From an uncultured delta proteobacterium (GTDB lineage Bacteria > Myxococcota > Myxococcia > Myxococcales > Anaeromyxobacteraceae), in contig CAWFDF010000003.1 of assembly GCA_963814585.1 (NCBI GenBank), positions 1 to 64,000 of the forward strand: DNA of 64,000 nucleotides, read 5' to 3'. The notes below the pieces were generated by a model. That model worked only from the letters and a program-made list of their open reading frames with translations. It did no database searches and was not told where the DNA came from. Position 1 is the stretch's first letter. Each line of letters starts with the position of its first letter. Positions 1 through 9,443 of this stretch are shown here, one piece after another. The translations under genes and the position numbers were made by a program.

Positions 1-241
1 CATGGTCATTTTCGCACTGCCTTCGGCTGGGGCTGGGACGTTGAAGCTTTGATACCCTCAGAACTCTACAACCATTTGCTGCAGAGAGCGCTTGCTCTCA
101 CGCGGGGGGGGGAGCAGTCAGCAGCAGCATCCCCAATGATGGGAGATCATTAATCACGTCCCAGGACTACGTACTGCGGGTGAGGACCGTCGGGCTAGTT
201 CGGATCAGCTGACGACCCGCCGAGGAACCCGACGTAAAGCG

Positions 242-1060
242 TCAGTGGATCTCGAAATCGTTGTACGGAGTCTTGAGTACAACCGCGACGTACATCTGCA
301 GCAAGGCTTGGCGCAGCGCATCGGTCTCTTCAACGAAGCGCAGGTCCATCCGGCGGACGCGCTGCTTTGCTTCCTTGAATACGGTGGCAAACGCAGGGTC
401 CTTCATCAAGCCTGTGCGCGACCCTTCGGTCGTGTACGAAGCTTTCGGTTTCCCTGATGACTAGCGGGCCAATTTGAACGCGAAGACCACCTGATTCTCT
501 CGAGAACCATTTCCGCAGTGATTCCCTATCCGTTGCTTCAGTTCTTCGTCCGACCGGTCGTTGCATGGCCGCGCCCCCTCGCTGAAGAGGTAGATCCCAT
601 TTGAAGGCGCGTCTGCTGGAAGGGATCCTGGCTTCACCGCAGCCATGTGACTTAGCCTCTCAAACTTCCCGTGGAGCGCCTCGACCGCGAGCAAGAACTC
701 CGGGTGTACGTGTGCACGAGCGCGAACCTCAACTAGGGGGGCGTCGGGCCCGGACTTCGCCTGGTCGAATATCTGCCTAGGCTCACTAGCACTCGGATTA
801 GGCCGCGGCAGGACGTAGCTGACAGCCAACGAAGCCCCGTGACCTTTCGGTGGGGATGAGAGCACTCGGTCTCCACCCGGCTCGTTCATGGCAGAGAGCA
901 TCGCCCTGCAACAGACCGGCATCCGGTGGCTCGGCCCCGGATATCCCCCGACCCTTCGGTGGAGGTCCCCCGCGCGAATCGCGATCTGCCTCTGGCCGGC
1001 CGCAGTCGCCTCTGCGAGCCACTTCTCGAGTTCGTCCTGGAACTGCTTCGTAATGGACAT
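242..1060 (-). CDS. Two-domain protein: small N-terminal domain (AGDLHRRVGGYP..HRMPVCC) fused to a GIY-YIG-like nuclease domain; interrupted by in-frame TAG at 461-463
   Basis: ORF 461..1060 continues in frame past TAG as SSGKPKASYTTEGSRTGLMKDPAF...YVAVVLKTPYNDFEIH to TGA at 242-244. GIYLFSEG is followed by a locally garbled (YV)GRTKNLKQR-like segment. Confidence 0.55.
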
Positions 1061-1077
1061 GCGTCCTTCCTGGCTCG

Positions 1078-1993
1078 CTATCCAGCTCTCCTGAAGGACT
1101 CGAACCGCTCCTCCAAGAACTCGCGACGCGGCCTCTGATGCGCAGAAGACGGAACCAGCAGGGAAGTGCCATCAATGGCTTGAAGCCCGTGCCGAAGCAT
1201 CGGGCCGTCGACCTCCACCAAGACCGACTTGCGCACCTCGATTACCAGGTCGGGCCGTACTCCGAAGATGTGCCGGTCGAAGGCGGCGTGGTGCAGCGTG
1301 CACAGAGAGAGACCGTTGGGGACGACCGGCTCCCCGAGTGGATGCCCGTCCGGAAGAATATGGGCGGCCTCGAGGAGTTCGGTGTGTTTGAGGCGGCACA
1401 CCGCGCACTGCTGCCTATAGGCCCGTAACACCCGCTGCCGGAATGTCGCCTGGTGCAGCCGCTGGCGCGTGACGACGGTAACGTAACTCCGCTTCGCGTC
1501 GGCGGCGAGTTCGGGTAGGTCGCTGCCCGCCTCAAGCTGTGCATTAGTGAGGTCAACCTTGAAAGAGCAGGCGGTCCCGGTCCTCTCCGACGACGAACAC
1601 CGGCCAGACCGGCAGGTACTCCCCCTTGACGACGCCGTAGAAGTAGACGAGTGGGACACGCCCCTTCATTGCGAGGCGCAGTCCGATGTTATCGCGGTGC
1701 ATCGGATCGGAACCGCGGAACCGATACTCGAGAAGGTTCTCTGCATTCATCCCATCGTCGTACGGCCGGTCTCGGCCCTCGACTGGCGGCGCTGTCGTGA
1801 TGCTGATCGGAATGTCTGGCAACAGCGCAGGTTTGAAGATTCCCTGGGGACCAATGAGCGGCACACGCTGACCGTCGATCAGGAGTTCCTTCGAGAGCAC
1901 GGCCCAAGGGAGCACTTCACCGTGCACCGCTGTTTGCTCGGCGAGAAACTCGAACACTCGAAGGCGGACCTGATGGTCGGTGAGCGCGGTCAC
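1078..1993 (-). CDS. SRA/PUA-like + HNH endonuclease (putative modification-dependent type IV restriction enzyme), frameshift near 1560
   Basis: Joins ORFs 1553..1993 and 1078..1659. HNH signature RLHQATFR..VL.AY..CAVC..LLEAAHI..NGLSLCTLHHAAFD; N-terminal PYDD..LEYRFRG..HRDN.GL..A...VPLVYF is SRA-like. Confidence 0.8.
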
Positions 1994-2223
1994 TTAGGGG
2001 AGTTTTGCCCCGTTCTGTTCGGCAAGTCGCTTAGGCTCGAAAGGTCTCATGCTAGGCCCTCTTGGTCGCTGGCGCAGAGCTCTGGCAGGTCGTCGCCTTC
2101 TTGAAGGACAGGGGAAGTGGAGGAACGCCGAGAGAAGAGCCGAGCGTGGGAGTTCGCTTGGCGCCCTCACGTCGTCGATCCGTTTCCCCTGACCCGATGT
2201 CCCGGCTCCACCCACTTGACGCC

Positions 2224-2562
2224 TCACTTCTTCTTGCGCTCGGCGCCCGGCGCGTCGAAACCGGGGCCCTTCTCGCGGAGCTCGAGGCTCCGCTGGAACA
2301 GGAGGTGGAGCAGGTACTCGTACCGCCGCATCTTCAAGGCCGCGCGGTCCGCCTCCAGGAGCACGGAGGCGGCACCCGGGAGGCCGAACCAGGTGCGGAG
2401 GCCCTCGAAATGATGGTTCACGAAGCTGGTGAGGTCGCTCCCCTCATGGTCGGCCTCGGCGCGCAGGAACCTCACCAGCTCGCGCGGCATGCGGAACGTC
2501 TGCATCAGCTTCTCGGTGGAGCTGAACGGGTCCGCTTCTGGGGTCTTGGACTTGGGAGGCAT
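2224..2562 (-). CDS. Small DNA-binding protein, probable (tandem) ribbon-helix-helix
   Basis: MQTFRMPRELVRFLRAEADHEGSDLTSFVN fits the RHH beta-alpha-alpha pattern; FGLP..LLEADRAALKMRRYEYLLHLL may be a second unit. Confidence 0.5.
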   Translation of the reverse strand: MPPKSKTPEADPFSSTEKLMQTFRMPRELVRFLRAEADHEGSDLTSFVNHHFEGLRTWFGLPGAASVLLEADRAALKMRRYEYLLHLLFQRSLELREKGPGFDAPGAERKKK

Positions 2563-2791
2563 CAGGCTCGTCCTCTGCATGACGTTCTTGCTGCGTGGAT
2601 TCCAGGCTGTCAATCGCACCGGATGGGACAGACGCACGTCTATGCCGAGCAGTGTGCCAAGCCGCCTGACAAATGGCTAGCTTGATGGATGATCGAGCCC
2701 GGATGGGGCAGGAGGTCTCGCCCTGCCGTGTTCGTCCTCCACTTCAGCTGCTCCTCCGCCAAGCCCACTGCGGTGCCGTAGCTGCGCGGCT

Positions 2792-3364
2792 TCATGGGTC
2801 GCTCTCCGGTGCCATTCGCCCGATCTCAGCGAGTCTCGCACCCGACACGAGCCCACGCTCCCCGGCCTGGGCGATGGCCTGTGCCACGAGGTCTGGCGCC
2901 ACATGCTCGCGAACGCAGTCCATGAGCGTCCGCTCCGGCGTCGTCACCGGCACGGGGCCCACCCATCCTCGCTCGCTCTTCCCCAGCGCCGCGTAGTGGA
3001 GGACGAGTCCAGTGGGGACCCGAAGGCGCCGCTGGCGCCAGTTGGGGGGCACCGTGACATGGACCCGCCGCGGCAGCACATCCGAGAGGTCGTAGAGCGA
3101 CAGCGCCGTCTCGTGCGAGAGGACGCCCACGCGGCCCGTCCAGAGCCAGAGTTCGGTCAGGGCCTCGTGCTCCGTCGTGGGGAAGTGGACGACGCGATAG
3201 ATGCCCCGCCTCAGGCGGCGCACGCGGCCGTGCTCCACGTAGCGGCGGAGGAGCTGACGATACAGGCCGGCCCGCTCGGCCTGCTCGGCCGTGAAGAGGC
3301 CAGCCTGCCCTTCGGCAGCCTGGAAGAGCTTGTCCCAGCTCGTTGTTCGGCGCGTCGGCGTCAC
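2792..3364 (-). CDS. abiEi: Type IV TA AbiEi-family antitoxin/transcriptional regulator (no adjacent toxin)
   Basis: AEGQAGLFT..A..AG, RLRRGIYR, LSHETALSLYDLSD, VPVTTPERTLMD are AbiEi-family motifs. Confidence 0.85.
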   Translation of the reverse strand: MTPTRRTTSWDKLFQAAEGQAGLFTAEQAERAGLYRQLLRRYVEHGRVRRLRRGIYRVVHFPTTEHEALTELWLWTGRVGVLSHETALSLYDLSDVLPRRVHVTVPPNWRQRRLRVPTGLVLHYAALGKSERGWVGPVPVTTPERTLMDCVREHVAPDLVAQAIAQAGERGLVSGARLAEIGRMAPESDP

Positions 3365-3365
3365 C

Positions 3366-3398
3366 GCACTAATGTAAACGTAACGTTGTCATTTGTGC
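3366..3398. promoter_or_regulatory. Imperfect AT-rich inverted repeat directly upstream of abiEi (probable autoregulatory operator)
   Basis: gcactaatgtaaacgt-a-acgttgtcatttgtgc: 16-bp arms with 3 mismatches, next to the GTG start at 3364. Confidence 0.5.
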
Positions 3399-3500
3399 AA
3401 GCGCCACCAAGTCTAAACCCTGACCTTCCCTACCAGCCGGAAGGGCCCGCCGCTCCTCAGTGATTGCCTCGGGCTGGCCGGCCAGGTACAGCGTCTAGCC

Positions 3501-4064
3501 ATGCCTCCGAGCAAGCCCAAGAAGGTCTATCGCCTCAAGGTGACGCTCCACGAGGTCCAGCCACCGGTGTGGAGGAGAGTGCTCGTGCCCTCGGACATCA
3601 CGCTGGCGCGTCTCCACCGCATCCTCCAGGACGTGATGGGCTGGACCAACTCCCACCTCCATTGCTTCGAGGTCGCCGGTCGGCGCTTCGGCATGATGGG
3701 CATCGAGGAGGACGCGCCTGATCTCGAAGATGAGCGCCGCGTGCGCCTCGCAACAGTGCTCCCGCGCAAGGGCGCCAAGCTCCTCTACCGCTACGACTAC
3801 GGCGACGACTGGGAACACGTCATCACGCTCGAGGAGATCGCCGAGCCGGACTCTCGCCACACCTACCCGCTCTGCATCGGCGGCGCCCGCGCCTGCCCAC
3901 CGGAAGACTGCGGCGGCCCCGGCGGCTACGAGGAAGTTGTCCGCGTACTCAACACGCCCAACGACGAGGAGCACGACAGCATGATCACCTGGCTCGGCGG
4001 CCACTTCGAGCCGGACTCCTTCGACCCCAACTCCGTGAATCACCTCTTCAGATTCGGGCGTTAG
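3501..4064 (+). CDS. Plasmid pRiA4b ORF-3 family protein
   Basis: YRLKVTL..VQPPVWRRVLVPSDITLARLHRILQ..MGW.NSHLHCF, Y.YDYGDDWEH, GARACPPEDCGG..GY. Confidence 0.9.
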   Translation: MPPSKPKKVYRLKVTLHEVQPPVWRRVLVPSDITLARLHRILQDVMGWTNSHLHCFEVAGRRFGMMGIEEDAPDLEDERRVRLATVLPRKGAKLLYRYDYGDDWEHVITLEEIAEPDSRHTYPLCIGGARACPPEDCGGPGGYEEVVRVLNTPNDEEHDSMITWLGGHFEPDSFDPNSVNHLFRFGR

Positions 4065-4088
4065 CGCAAGACGTGGTTGGCCGGCCGG

Positions 4089-4187
4089 TTACGCGCCACC
4101 GGCGCCCAGCAACGACAGGAGGTCCCCATCCGACAGCGCCCGGGGGCCATCCGCCAGCATCCGCTCTCGCACCTCGTTCTTGAACAT
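4089..4187 (-). pseudogene. radC: RadC N-terminal remnant (32 codons)
   Basis: RERMLADGPRALSDGDLLSLL matches the RadC N-terminal RERL...G..ALSD.ELLA.L motif; the JAB domain is absent. Confidence 0.6.
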
Positions 4188-4883
4188 TTCGTTCTCCTCG
4201 GAGCCGGGCCCCTCACCAAACCCGCTCACTTCCCCCCTGCCAGGGCGCACGCCCCCAACGGCCCCGGCCCGCGTCGAGGAGACGCTCCGACTCACCTGGT
4301 CTTGCGTGGCGGGGGTACCGGTCGAAGGGCGGGCGACCGGGCGAGGGGCGTGACAGACGCGGGGCGCCCGGCTTCATGGGCGCACCGGGGCTGGCGCGGC
4401 CCTCGCTCCTGGCGCGCGCAGCGCGCTGTGATGGCGCGGCGGCGAGGGCCGCCGCCGCTCCCAGCTTGCTCGCGGCGTCAGCCGCCAGCGGTCGGCTTCA
4501 CGGTGGCGGTTCGTGACGCGCGATGTCTTGGGCCGAACTACAGGAGCCGAGTGTCAGCGATGTCCTGACACTCTTTTCGTCAGCGATCTCTCCGTACCTC
4601 CCCGACTCGCCCCCTCTCAACTCTCCCGTTCCGCTTCTCTCCGTTCGCCTTTCCAGAACGCTGTCTCCCGCACCGAGCCTCTTCCCGACTCCACGCAGCA
4701 ACGAACGCCTCCCTGACTTTGAACTCCGCTCGCTCATCTGAACCGTCCGCCCTTTGCCAAACCGCATGCTTTTTCTCTTTCTTGATCTTCTCACTTTCCA
4801 CTCTTCCATCTGATTCCTCCTTCTCCTGGACCTTGACCTCCAAGAACCCCGGCCCCTCCGCCCCCCTCTCCTCTCTCTTCCTT

Positions 4884-4948
4884 GGGTACCAACTGCCCGA
4901 CCCCTCTCCCCAGGTGGTTGGGGGAGAGGGGTCGGGCAGTTGGCACCC
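4884..4948. repeat. 28-bp inverted repeat (1 mismatch, 9-nt loop), cruciform/hairpin
   Basis: gggtaccaactgcccgacccctctcccc (4884-4911) pairs with ggggagaggggtcgggcagttggcaccc (4921-4948). Confidence 0.95.
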
Positions 4949-5032
4949 CTCACCTCGCGCCGTTGCCACGTGGGGGGCGGCGGGGCCGGGGCGCTGATTT
5001 CAAGAGGTTACGAGCCGATGGTGGTGCTCAAC

Positions 5033-5093
5033 CCTGTCAGTCGGGTCGTTCCCAATCCTGTCCTCGTGACAGGACACCACGACTGACAGGATT
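5033..5093. repeat. Nested inverted repeats built on CCTGTC/GACAGG (4 half-sites)
   Basis: cctgtcagtcg (5033-5043) pairs with cgactgacagg (5080-5090); inner tcctgtc-ctcgt-gacagga (5056-5074). Confidence 0.8.
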
Positions 5094-5119
5094 AACCGGC
5101 CGAGCCCGAGAAGCTGCTC

Positions 5120-5387
5120 TGGTCCACGTGGACCAGAAGGCTCGAAACTACCGCTTGGTCCACGTGGACCAGAAGGCCCGAATCACCGTCCTGGTCCACG
5201 TGGACCAGAAGGCTCGAAACCACCGTCTTGGTCCACGTGGACCAGAGGGCCCGAATCCCGTCCTGGTCCACGTGGACCAGAGGGCCCGAATCCCCGTCCT
5301 GGTCCACGTGGACCGAGGGCCCGAAATCACCGTCTGGTCCACGTGGACCAGAAGGCTCGAAACCACCGGGCTGGTCCACGTGGACCA
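5120..5387. repeat. parS: Array of 8 palindromes TGGTCCACGTGGACCA at 35-37 bp period: putative variant parS centromere
   Basis: Copies start at 5120, 5156, 5192, 5229, 5264, 5300, 5335, 5372 (copy 6 ends in G). Linkers are near-identical. The array ends 27 bp from the parB stop and resembles canonical parS TGTT(T/C)CACGTG(A/G)AACA. Confidence 0.8.
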
Positions 5388-5414
5388 GCCCGTCCGATTC
5401 GGAGGCGACTGGGG

Positions 5415-6475
5415 TTACGACCTGCGGGTCTTGAAGAGGAGGTCCTCGAACAGCGCGATCAGCGCCGCGCGCTCCTCGGGCGTGAGCTGGTGCCGCTCGA
5501 TGCGCTCGACGTCGAGCACCAGGCGGCCATCCTTCCGCTCCATGACCGGCGAGGGCGCAGGCTGCACGGTACCTTCGCCGGCGGGCTCCGGGCCCTTCGC
5601 CTTGCCTTCGCGAGACGGCGGAACGGGCCAGCCGCTCGTTGGTGTTCTCGGACTTGGCGTCCTCTCGGTGACCCGTCCTTCGCCTCGAGCCGCGCCACGA
5701 ACTTCTCCAGCCTCCGCACGGACCACTTCTCGGTGACGAGCTGCTCGACGAGCTGCTCGATCCGCTTCAACGCCTTCGTGCCGGTAGGCGTCTCGTCCTC
5801 ACGAACGTAGCGGTTGTGGACCCGCACCAGCTCGATGGCGGCACGAGCGTCGAGCTGCCCGCGCGCCACCGCCCGCTTGATTGGTGCCGCGGCCGTGTGG
5901 AGCTGCAGCAGCCGCCGCGCCTGTCGCTGGCTCTTGCCCATCAACTCGCCGGCCTCCACCACGTCGACGTCCCGCTCCTCCATGAGCTGCACGAGGACGG
6001 CCGCCTCCTCCACCGGCGTTGAGGTTCTCCCGGTGGAGGTTCTCCTCAGCCTGGGCGAGGAGCTTGTCCTTCCGCTCAACGAGCCCCGGGTCGACGATGC
6101 AAGGGATCTCCCGTAGTCCAGCCAGCTTGGCCGCCCGCCACCGCCGCTCACCGGCCACGATCTGGAATCGGCCGGCCTCAGCGCCGTGGGGCGTGACGAT
6201 GATGGGCTCGCGGACGCCGGACCGCTTCAGGCTCTCCGCCAGGGCTGCCAGCCGATCCTCGTTGAAGTCCTGTCGGGCCTGGCCTTCAGGAGCCGGGGCG
6301 AGTCGGTCCACGGGGATCCGCTGGAGGTGCTGATCGGGGAGGATGTGGCGGAGGACGTTGTCCTCCGCGGCCTCACCGGCCTCTTCGCCCTGCGATCCCG
6401 AGGGGCGCCTGGACGGCCTGCTGGACCTGGTTGGCGAGGCGGACTCGGCGATCGAATTCTTGTCAGTTCATCCAT
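5415..6475 (-). CDS. parB: ParB/Spo0J family partition protein (CTPase + HTH), several frameshifts
   Basis: QARQDF..DRLAALAESLKRSGVREPIIV, IVAGERRWRAAKLAG, EENLHRENL.PVEEA, HTH EAGELMGKSQRQARRLL; pieces span ORFs 6227..6496, 5799..6311, 5459..6151, 5415..5726. Confidence 0.9.
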
Positions 6476-7289
6476 GGCGTTCCTCCAGAAGTGCAACTAC
6501 CTCCTCGACGACCTGAAGATAGGCGGCTGGTCCTTTGGACCGGTGGTAGCGAGGGCTGAATGGCGAGGTGGCCTCGGCAAGGCTCTGCGCGATGGCCGTG
6601 GCGAAGGGAACGCGCGTCCGCAGGACCCGGCCGCCCTCCAGCCCCTGGAGGGCGTGCAGCGCCTCGCGCGACTCCGCCAGCCGGTCGATGTGGCGAGTTG
6701 GGAGGTAGCCCAGCACGGCGGCTGCAGGCGCGACGCCGCGGCGCAGCGTGGCCACCACCCGGTCGAGCTCCGGGACCACGGAGACCGCGAGCCGGGTCAT
6801 TTCGACGGGCGCCAGGATGGGGCCGGCCGCCAGTGCGTTGTAGGTGACCGGCCCAAGGCTTGGAGCGCAGTCGCAGAGGACGTAGTCGTACCCGTTCTCG
6901 ACGCGCTCCAGCGCCTCCCGGACGGTTACAGGTCCGGTGAGCTGATTCGCCTTCTGGACCTCGAGGTCTACTGCGGAACGCCAGGCGCTCGCCGGGACGA
7001 GGTCCAGCCCCACCACCACGGTGGCCGGCTCGAACGACCGCTCGGGCCTGAGTAGGAAGTCGAGGGTCCCGTACCTTCCGTCGGGAACGACGCCAAGGGC
7101 CGCAGTCGCGTTCCCCTGCGGGTCGAGGTCGACGAGGAGCACGCGCCGCCCGGCCCGGTGCATCCCCCAGGCGAGCGCCACCGCGGTGGCCGTCTTGCCC
7201 GAACCGCCCTTCGGCATGGCCACGATGATCCGGCGTGCCCGCATCCGCGCTCCTGGCGCCGATCCCCCTGGCGCCGTCTGATGCGCCAT
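6468..7289 (-). CDS. parA: ParA/Soj family ATPase
   Basis: Deviant Walker A KGGSGKT, VLLVDLDPQGNAT, YDYVLCDCAPSLG; overlaps the parB start. True start may be slightly downstream. Confidence 0.95.
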   Translation of the reverse strand: MAHQTAPGGSAPGARMRARRIIVAMPKGGSGKTATAVALAWGMHRAGRRVLLVDLDPQGNATAALGVVPDGRYGTLDFLLRPERSFEPATVVVGLDLVPASAWRSAVDLEVQKANQLTGPVTVREALERVENGYDYVLCDCAPSLGPVTYNALAAGPILAPVEMTRLAVSVVPELDRVVATLRRGVAPAAAVLGYLPTRHIDRLAESREALHALQGLEGGRVLRTRVPFATAIAQSLAEATSPFSPRYHRSKGPAAYLQVVEEVVALLEERHG

Positions 7290-7416
7290 GTTATGTGTAT
7301 GTCGTGCGGCTTTCTAGTGGCTGCGGCCGACTCATTCGGGTGCCTTTCGGCGATCGCTGCACAGAATGTCAGTGGCGAGGATCATGCTGGCGCCCGGGAG
7401 GCAAGGAGGTTGCGCC

Positions 7417-7830
7417 ATGTGGATCTACGAGAATCTCGGGCTCATCATCAGCGGCATCTTCATCGTCGGCCTTAGCGGTCACTTCACGTCACGCCGGCGC
7501 CACCGGCGCTCGTACGTCGCCCTTCGCGACGCCTACGAGGATGCCGTGCGCGAGGTCCGCGAGTCAGGCGGCGATGCCGCAGCGCTCGTGCGCGGCCAGG
7601 AACTCCATCGCGAGTTCATGCGCGCTTACTACCCAGGCTGGTTCGAGGGGTTCGGCCGCCGACTCCGCACCATGGCGAAGGTCTGCGCCGCGCTTACCCT
7701 CCTGGCCTTCTTCCTCAAGGGGCCGATCGAGCGTGGCGAGGAGGAGTACGCGAAGAAGCAGGCCCATGCCGCTGCAGCAGAGAAGACCGCGAACGGGCGG
7801 TTGGCCAAAACCGGGACGGCGCACCGATGA
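7417..7830 (+). CDS. Hypothetical small membrane protein
   Basis: AGGAGG before ATG 7417; two hydrophobic segments (LGLIISGIFIVGLSG; VCAALTLLAFFL). Confidence 0.6.
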   Translation: MWIYENLGLIISGIFIVGLSGHFTSRRRHRRSYVALRDAYEDAVREVRESGGDAAALVRGQELHREFMRAYYPGWFEGFGRRLRTMAKVCAALTLLAFFLKGPIERGEEEYAKKQAHAAAAEKTANGRLAKTGTAHR

Positions 7831-7978
7831 CCCGGGGCATGGTCGGTCACCTCCAGTCACAGTTCCGCGTCTTCGCGACTTGGAGCCGACACTCTATCCA
7901 TGCGAATCAAGCAGCCATTTGAAGAGGCCGCGTAGTCAAACTGTCCACCGGATAACCTCCACCCGGGGGCCTTGACGC

Positions 7979-8768
7979 TCAGCCCTTGTTGGGCAGGCGG
8001 CCGTACACTGAACTCAAGTCGATTCGTTTCGTCTTCTCCGGAAGGGAGCGACCGATACGTTCAAGCTCAGACATAAGGCCGTGGTCCTCGAGGACATGGG
8101 ACAGGAGTTGCAGGCCGACAAACACCGCGGATAGCGCCGGTGCCACTACCGCTTCAATCCCTTCCGGGGAGGGACCGAACTTCATGACGAGCCCATCATC
8201 ACTTGTGAACGCGTTCCAGGTGCTGGCATCGCCGTGAGATGAAGGCCGAGCTCTCCGTGTAGTGCAGGCCCCAACTTCGAGCATCCCGCACTCCTCGGCG
8301 CGCGCCCTGTCGATGCCTTCCCTGCCCAGTGCTGGTTGCCGAGTAGTTTCTCGGCCTCCACAGCCTGGGTATGAGCTCCTCAAGCTCGTCCGTGATGCCG
8401 AAGGTTTCGAACCTCGCCTCAGCCACCTTCGCGTGTGGAATGGGGCGGTGGGCCCAGAAGCGCTTGGCGCGCACCTCGGGAGCGAGTGCGATGAAGTGCG
8501 CGTTGATCACGTTCTCCAGCATGCTTCGCGCGGTTGGATGGGCCTGCCTTGCGCGGCCGACAACGCAGAGGACGTGAAGTGCATGGCCACTAGCTACCGC
8601 TTGCCCAACGAGCAGGGCGATGGCCTGCGGAAACTCACCGGCCGCGTTGATACGGGCCAGAGACAGCGCCCCAGCATCCAGGAAACTCTGAAGGATCATC
8701 AGGAGGTGAGCCTGCTCGTTGCTAACCTCGATCTCTGCCTCCGACTCTATCTGGAACGTCATGGCCAC
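7979..8768 (-). CDS. DUF5677/HEPN-like protein, frameshifted
   Basis: N-terminal ARSMLENVINAHFI (R..E motif) and C-terminal Y.ESSAF.SHG pattern across ORFs 8199..8768 and 7979..8383. Confidence 0.55.
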
Positions 8769-8964
8769 ACGCTAACATCGCTAGAAGTTCAGAGACGCCC
8801 GCCACGAGGGCCAATCCGCGCTTTTCACCTGCGCGCGCCAGTCCTAAGCCGATCGGATGGCGAGGCACGACGAAGAAGGGCCGAACCGCACAGGGCAGTA
8901 GCAGTTCCCGGAGTTCGTTAGCTGCTTTCGAATGTTGGAGACGTAGATACGTTGGCCCAACGGG

Positions 8965-9432
8965 TCAAGCTGCCTCATCAAGCCCTTGGCTCTCCTCCAC
9001 GTCGAGCGTGAAGTCGAAGACCATCTGAATAGGCTCCGCTTCAAGGTGAGCCGCGTTGTACGCGTCCACATCTGTCTTGAGCTGTACACAGTCCCCTACG
9101 ATTTGGTTTCGCCGCTGGGCGAAGGCCTGGAGCATGTGCTCTCTTGGCGCGGAGGCCATCTCGGCCCAAAGCGTTGCCTGGACCCCATCGCGCGAAATGC
9201 GGACTGCGTGATTGACGCGGTAGCGTCGGCCAGAGCCGTCGGTCCGGTACTCCTCGCGGAGCGCCCGTGCCAGGTCATCTGCCAGCTGTGCGAGCGGATC
9301 AGTCTTCGGGAGAGATAGCGACCCACTGGCAACCGCCCAGGCAACGACCTCTCGTGGCGTCGCCGGCGCGCGCTCATGCGTTTCCTCGTACGCGTGCCAC
9401 AGATGCTGCAGTTGCTCGTTATAGGTTGCCAT
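8965..9432 (-). CDS. Hypothetical protein, third gene of the HigB/HTH-ImmA operon
   Basis: Intact 155-aa ORF starting 11 bp after the HTH-ImmA stop; LARALREEYRTD..GRRYRVNHAV, AFAQRRNQIVGDC.QLKTDVD.YN. Confidence 0.85.
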   Translation of the reverse strand: MATYNEQLQHLWHAYEETHERAPATPREVVAWAVASGSLSLPKTDPLAQLADDLARALREEYRTDGSGRRYRVNHAVRISRDGVQATLWAEMASAPREHMLQAFAQRRNQIVGDCVQLKTDVDAYNAAHLEAEPIQMVFDFTLDVEESQGLDEAA

Positions 9433-9443
9433 CTATTGGTCCC

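Noticed and set aside
461..463. Programmed TAG readthrough (pyrrolysine or recoding)
   Set aside because: Other genes here end in TAG normally and the neighbouring sequence is error-rich; a base error or nonsense mutation is simpler.
5120..5387. CRISPR array
   Set aside because: Spacers are about 20 bp and near-identical rather than unique, the repeat is only 16 bp, and no cas genes are present; position next to parB favours parS.
4882..5736. ORFs with LVHVDQ / WSTWT repeats
   Set aside because: These are translations of the palindromic DNA array, which read alike on both strands.
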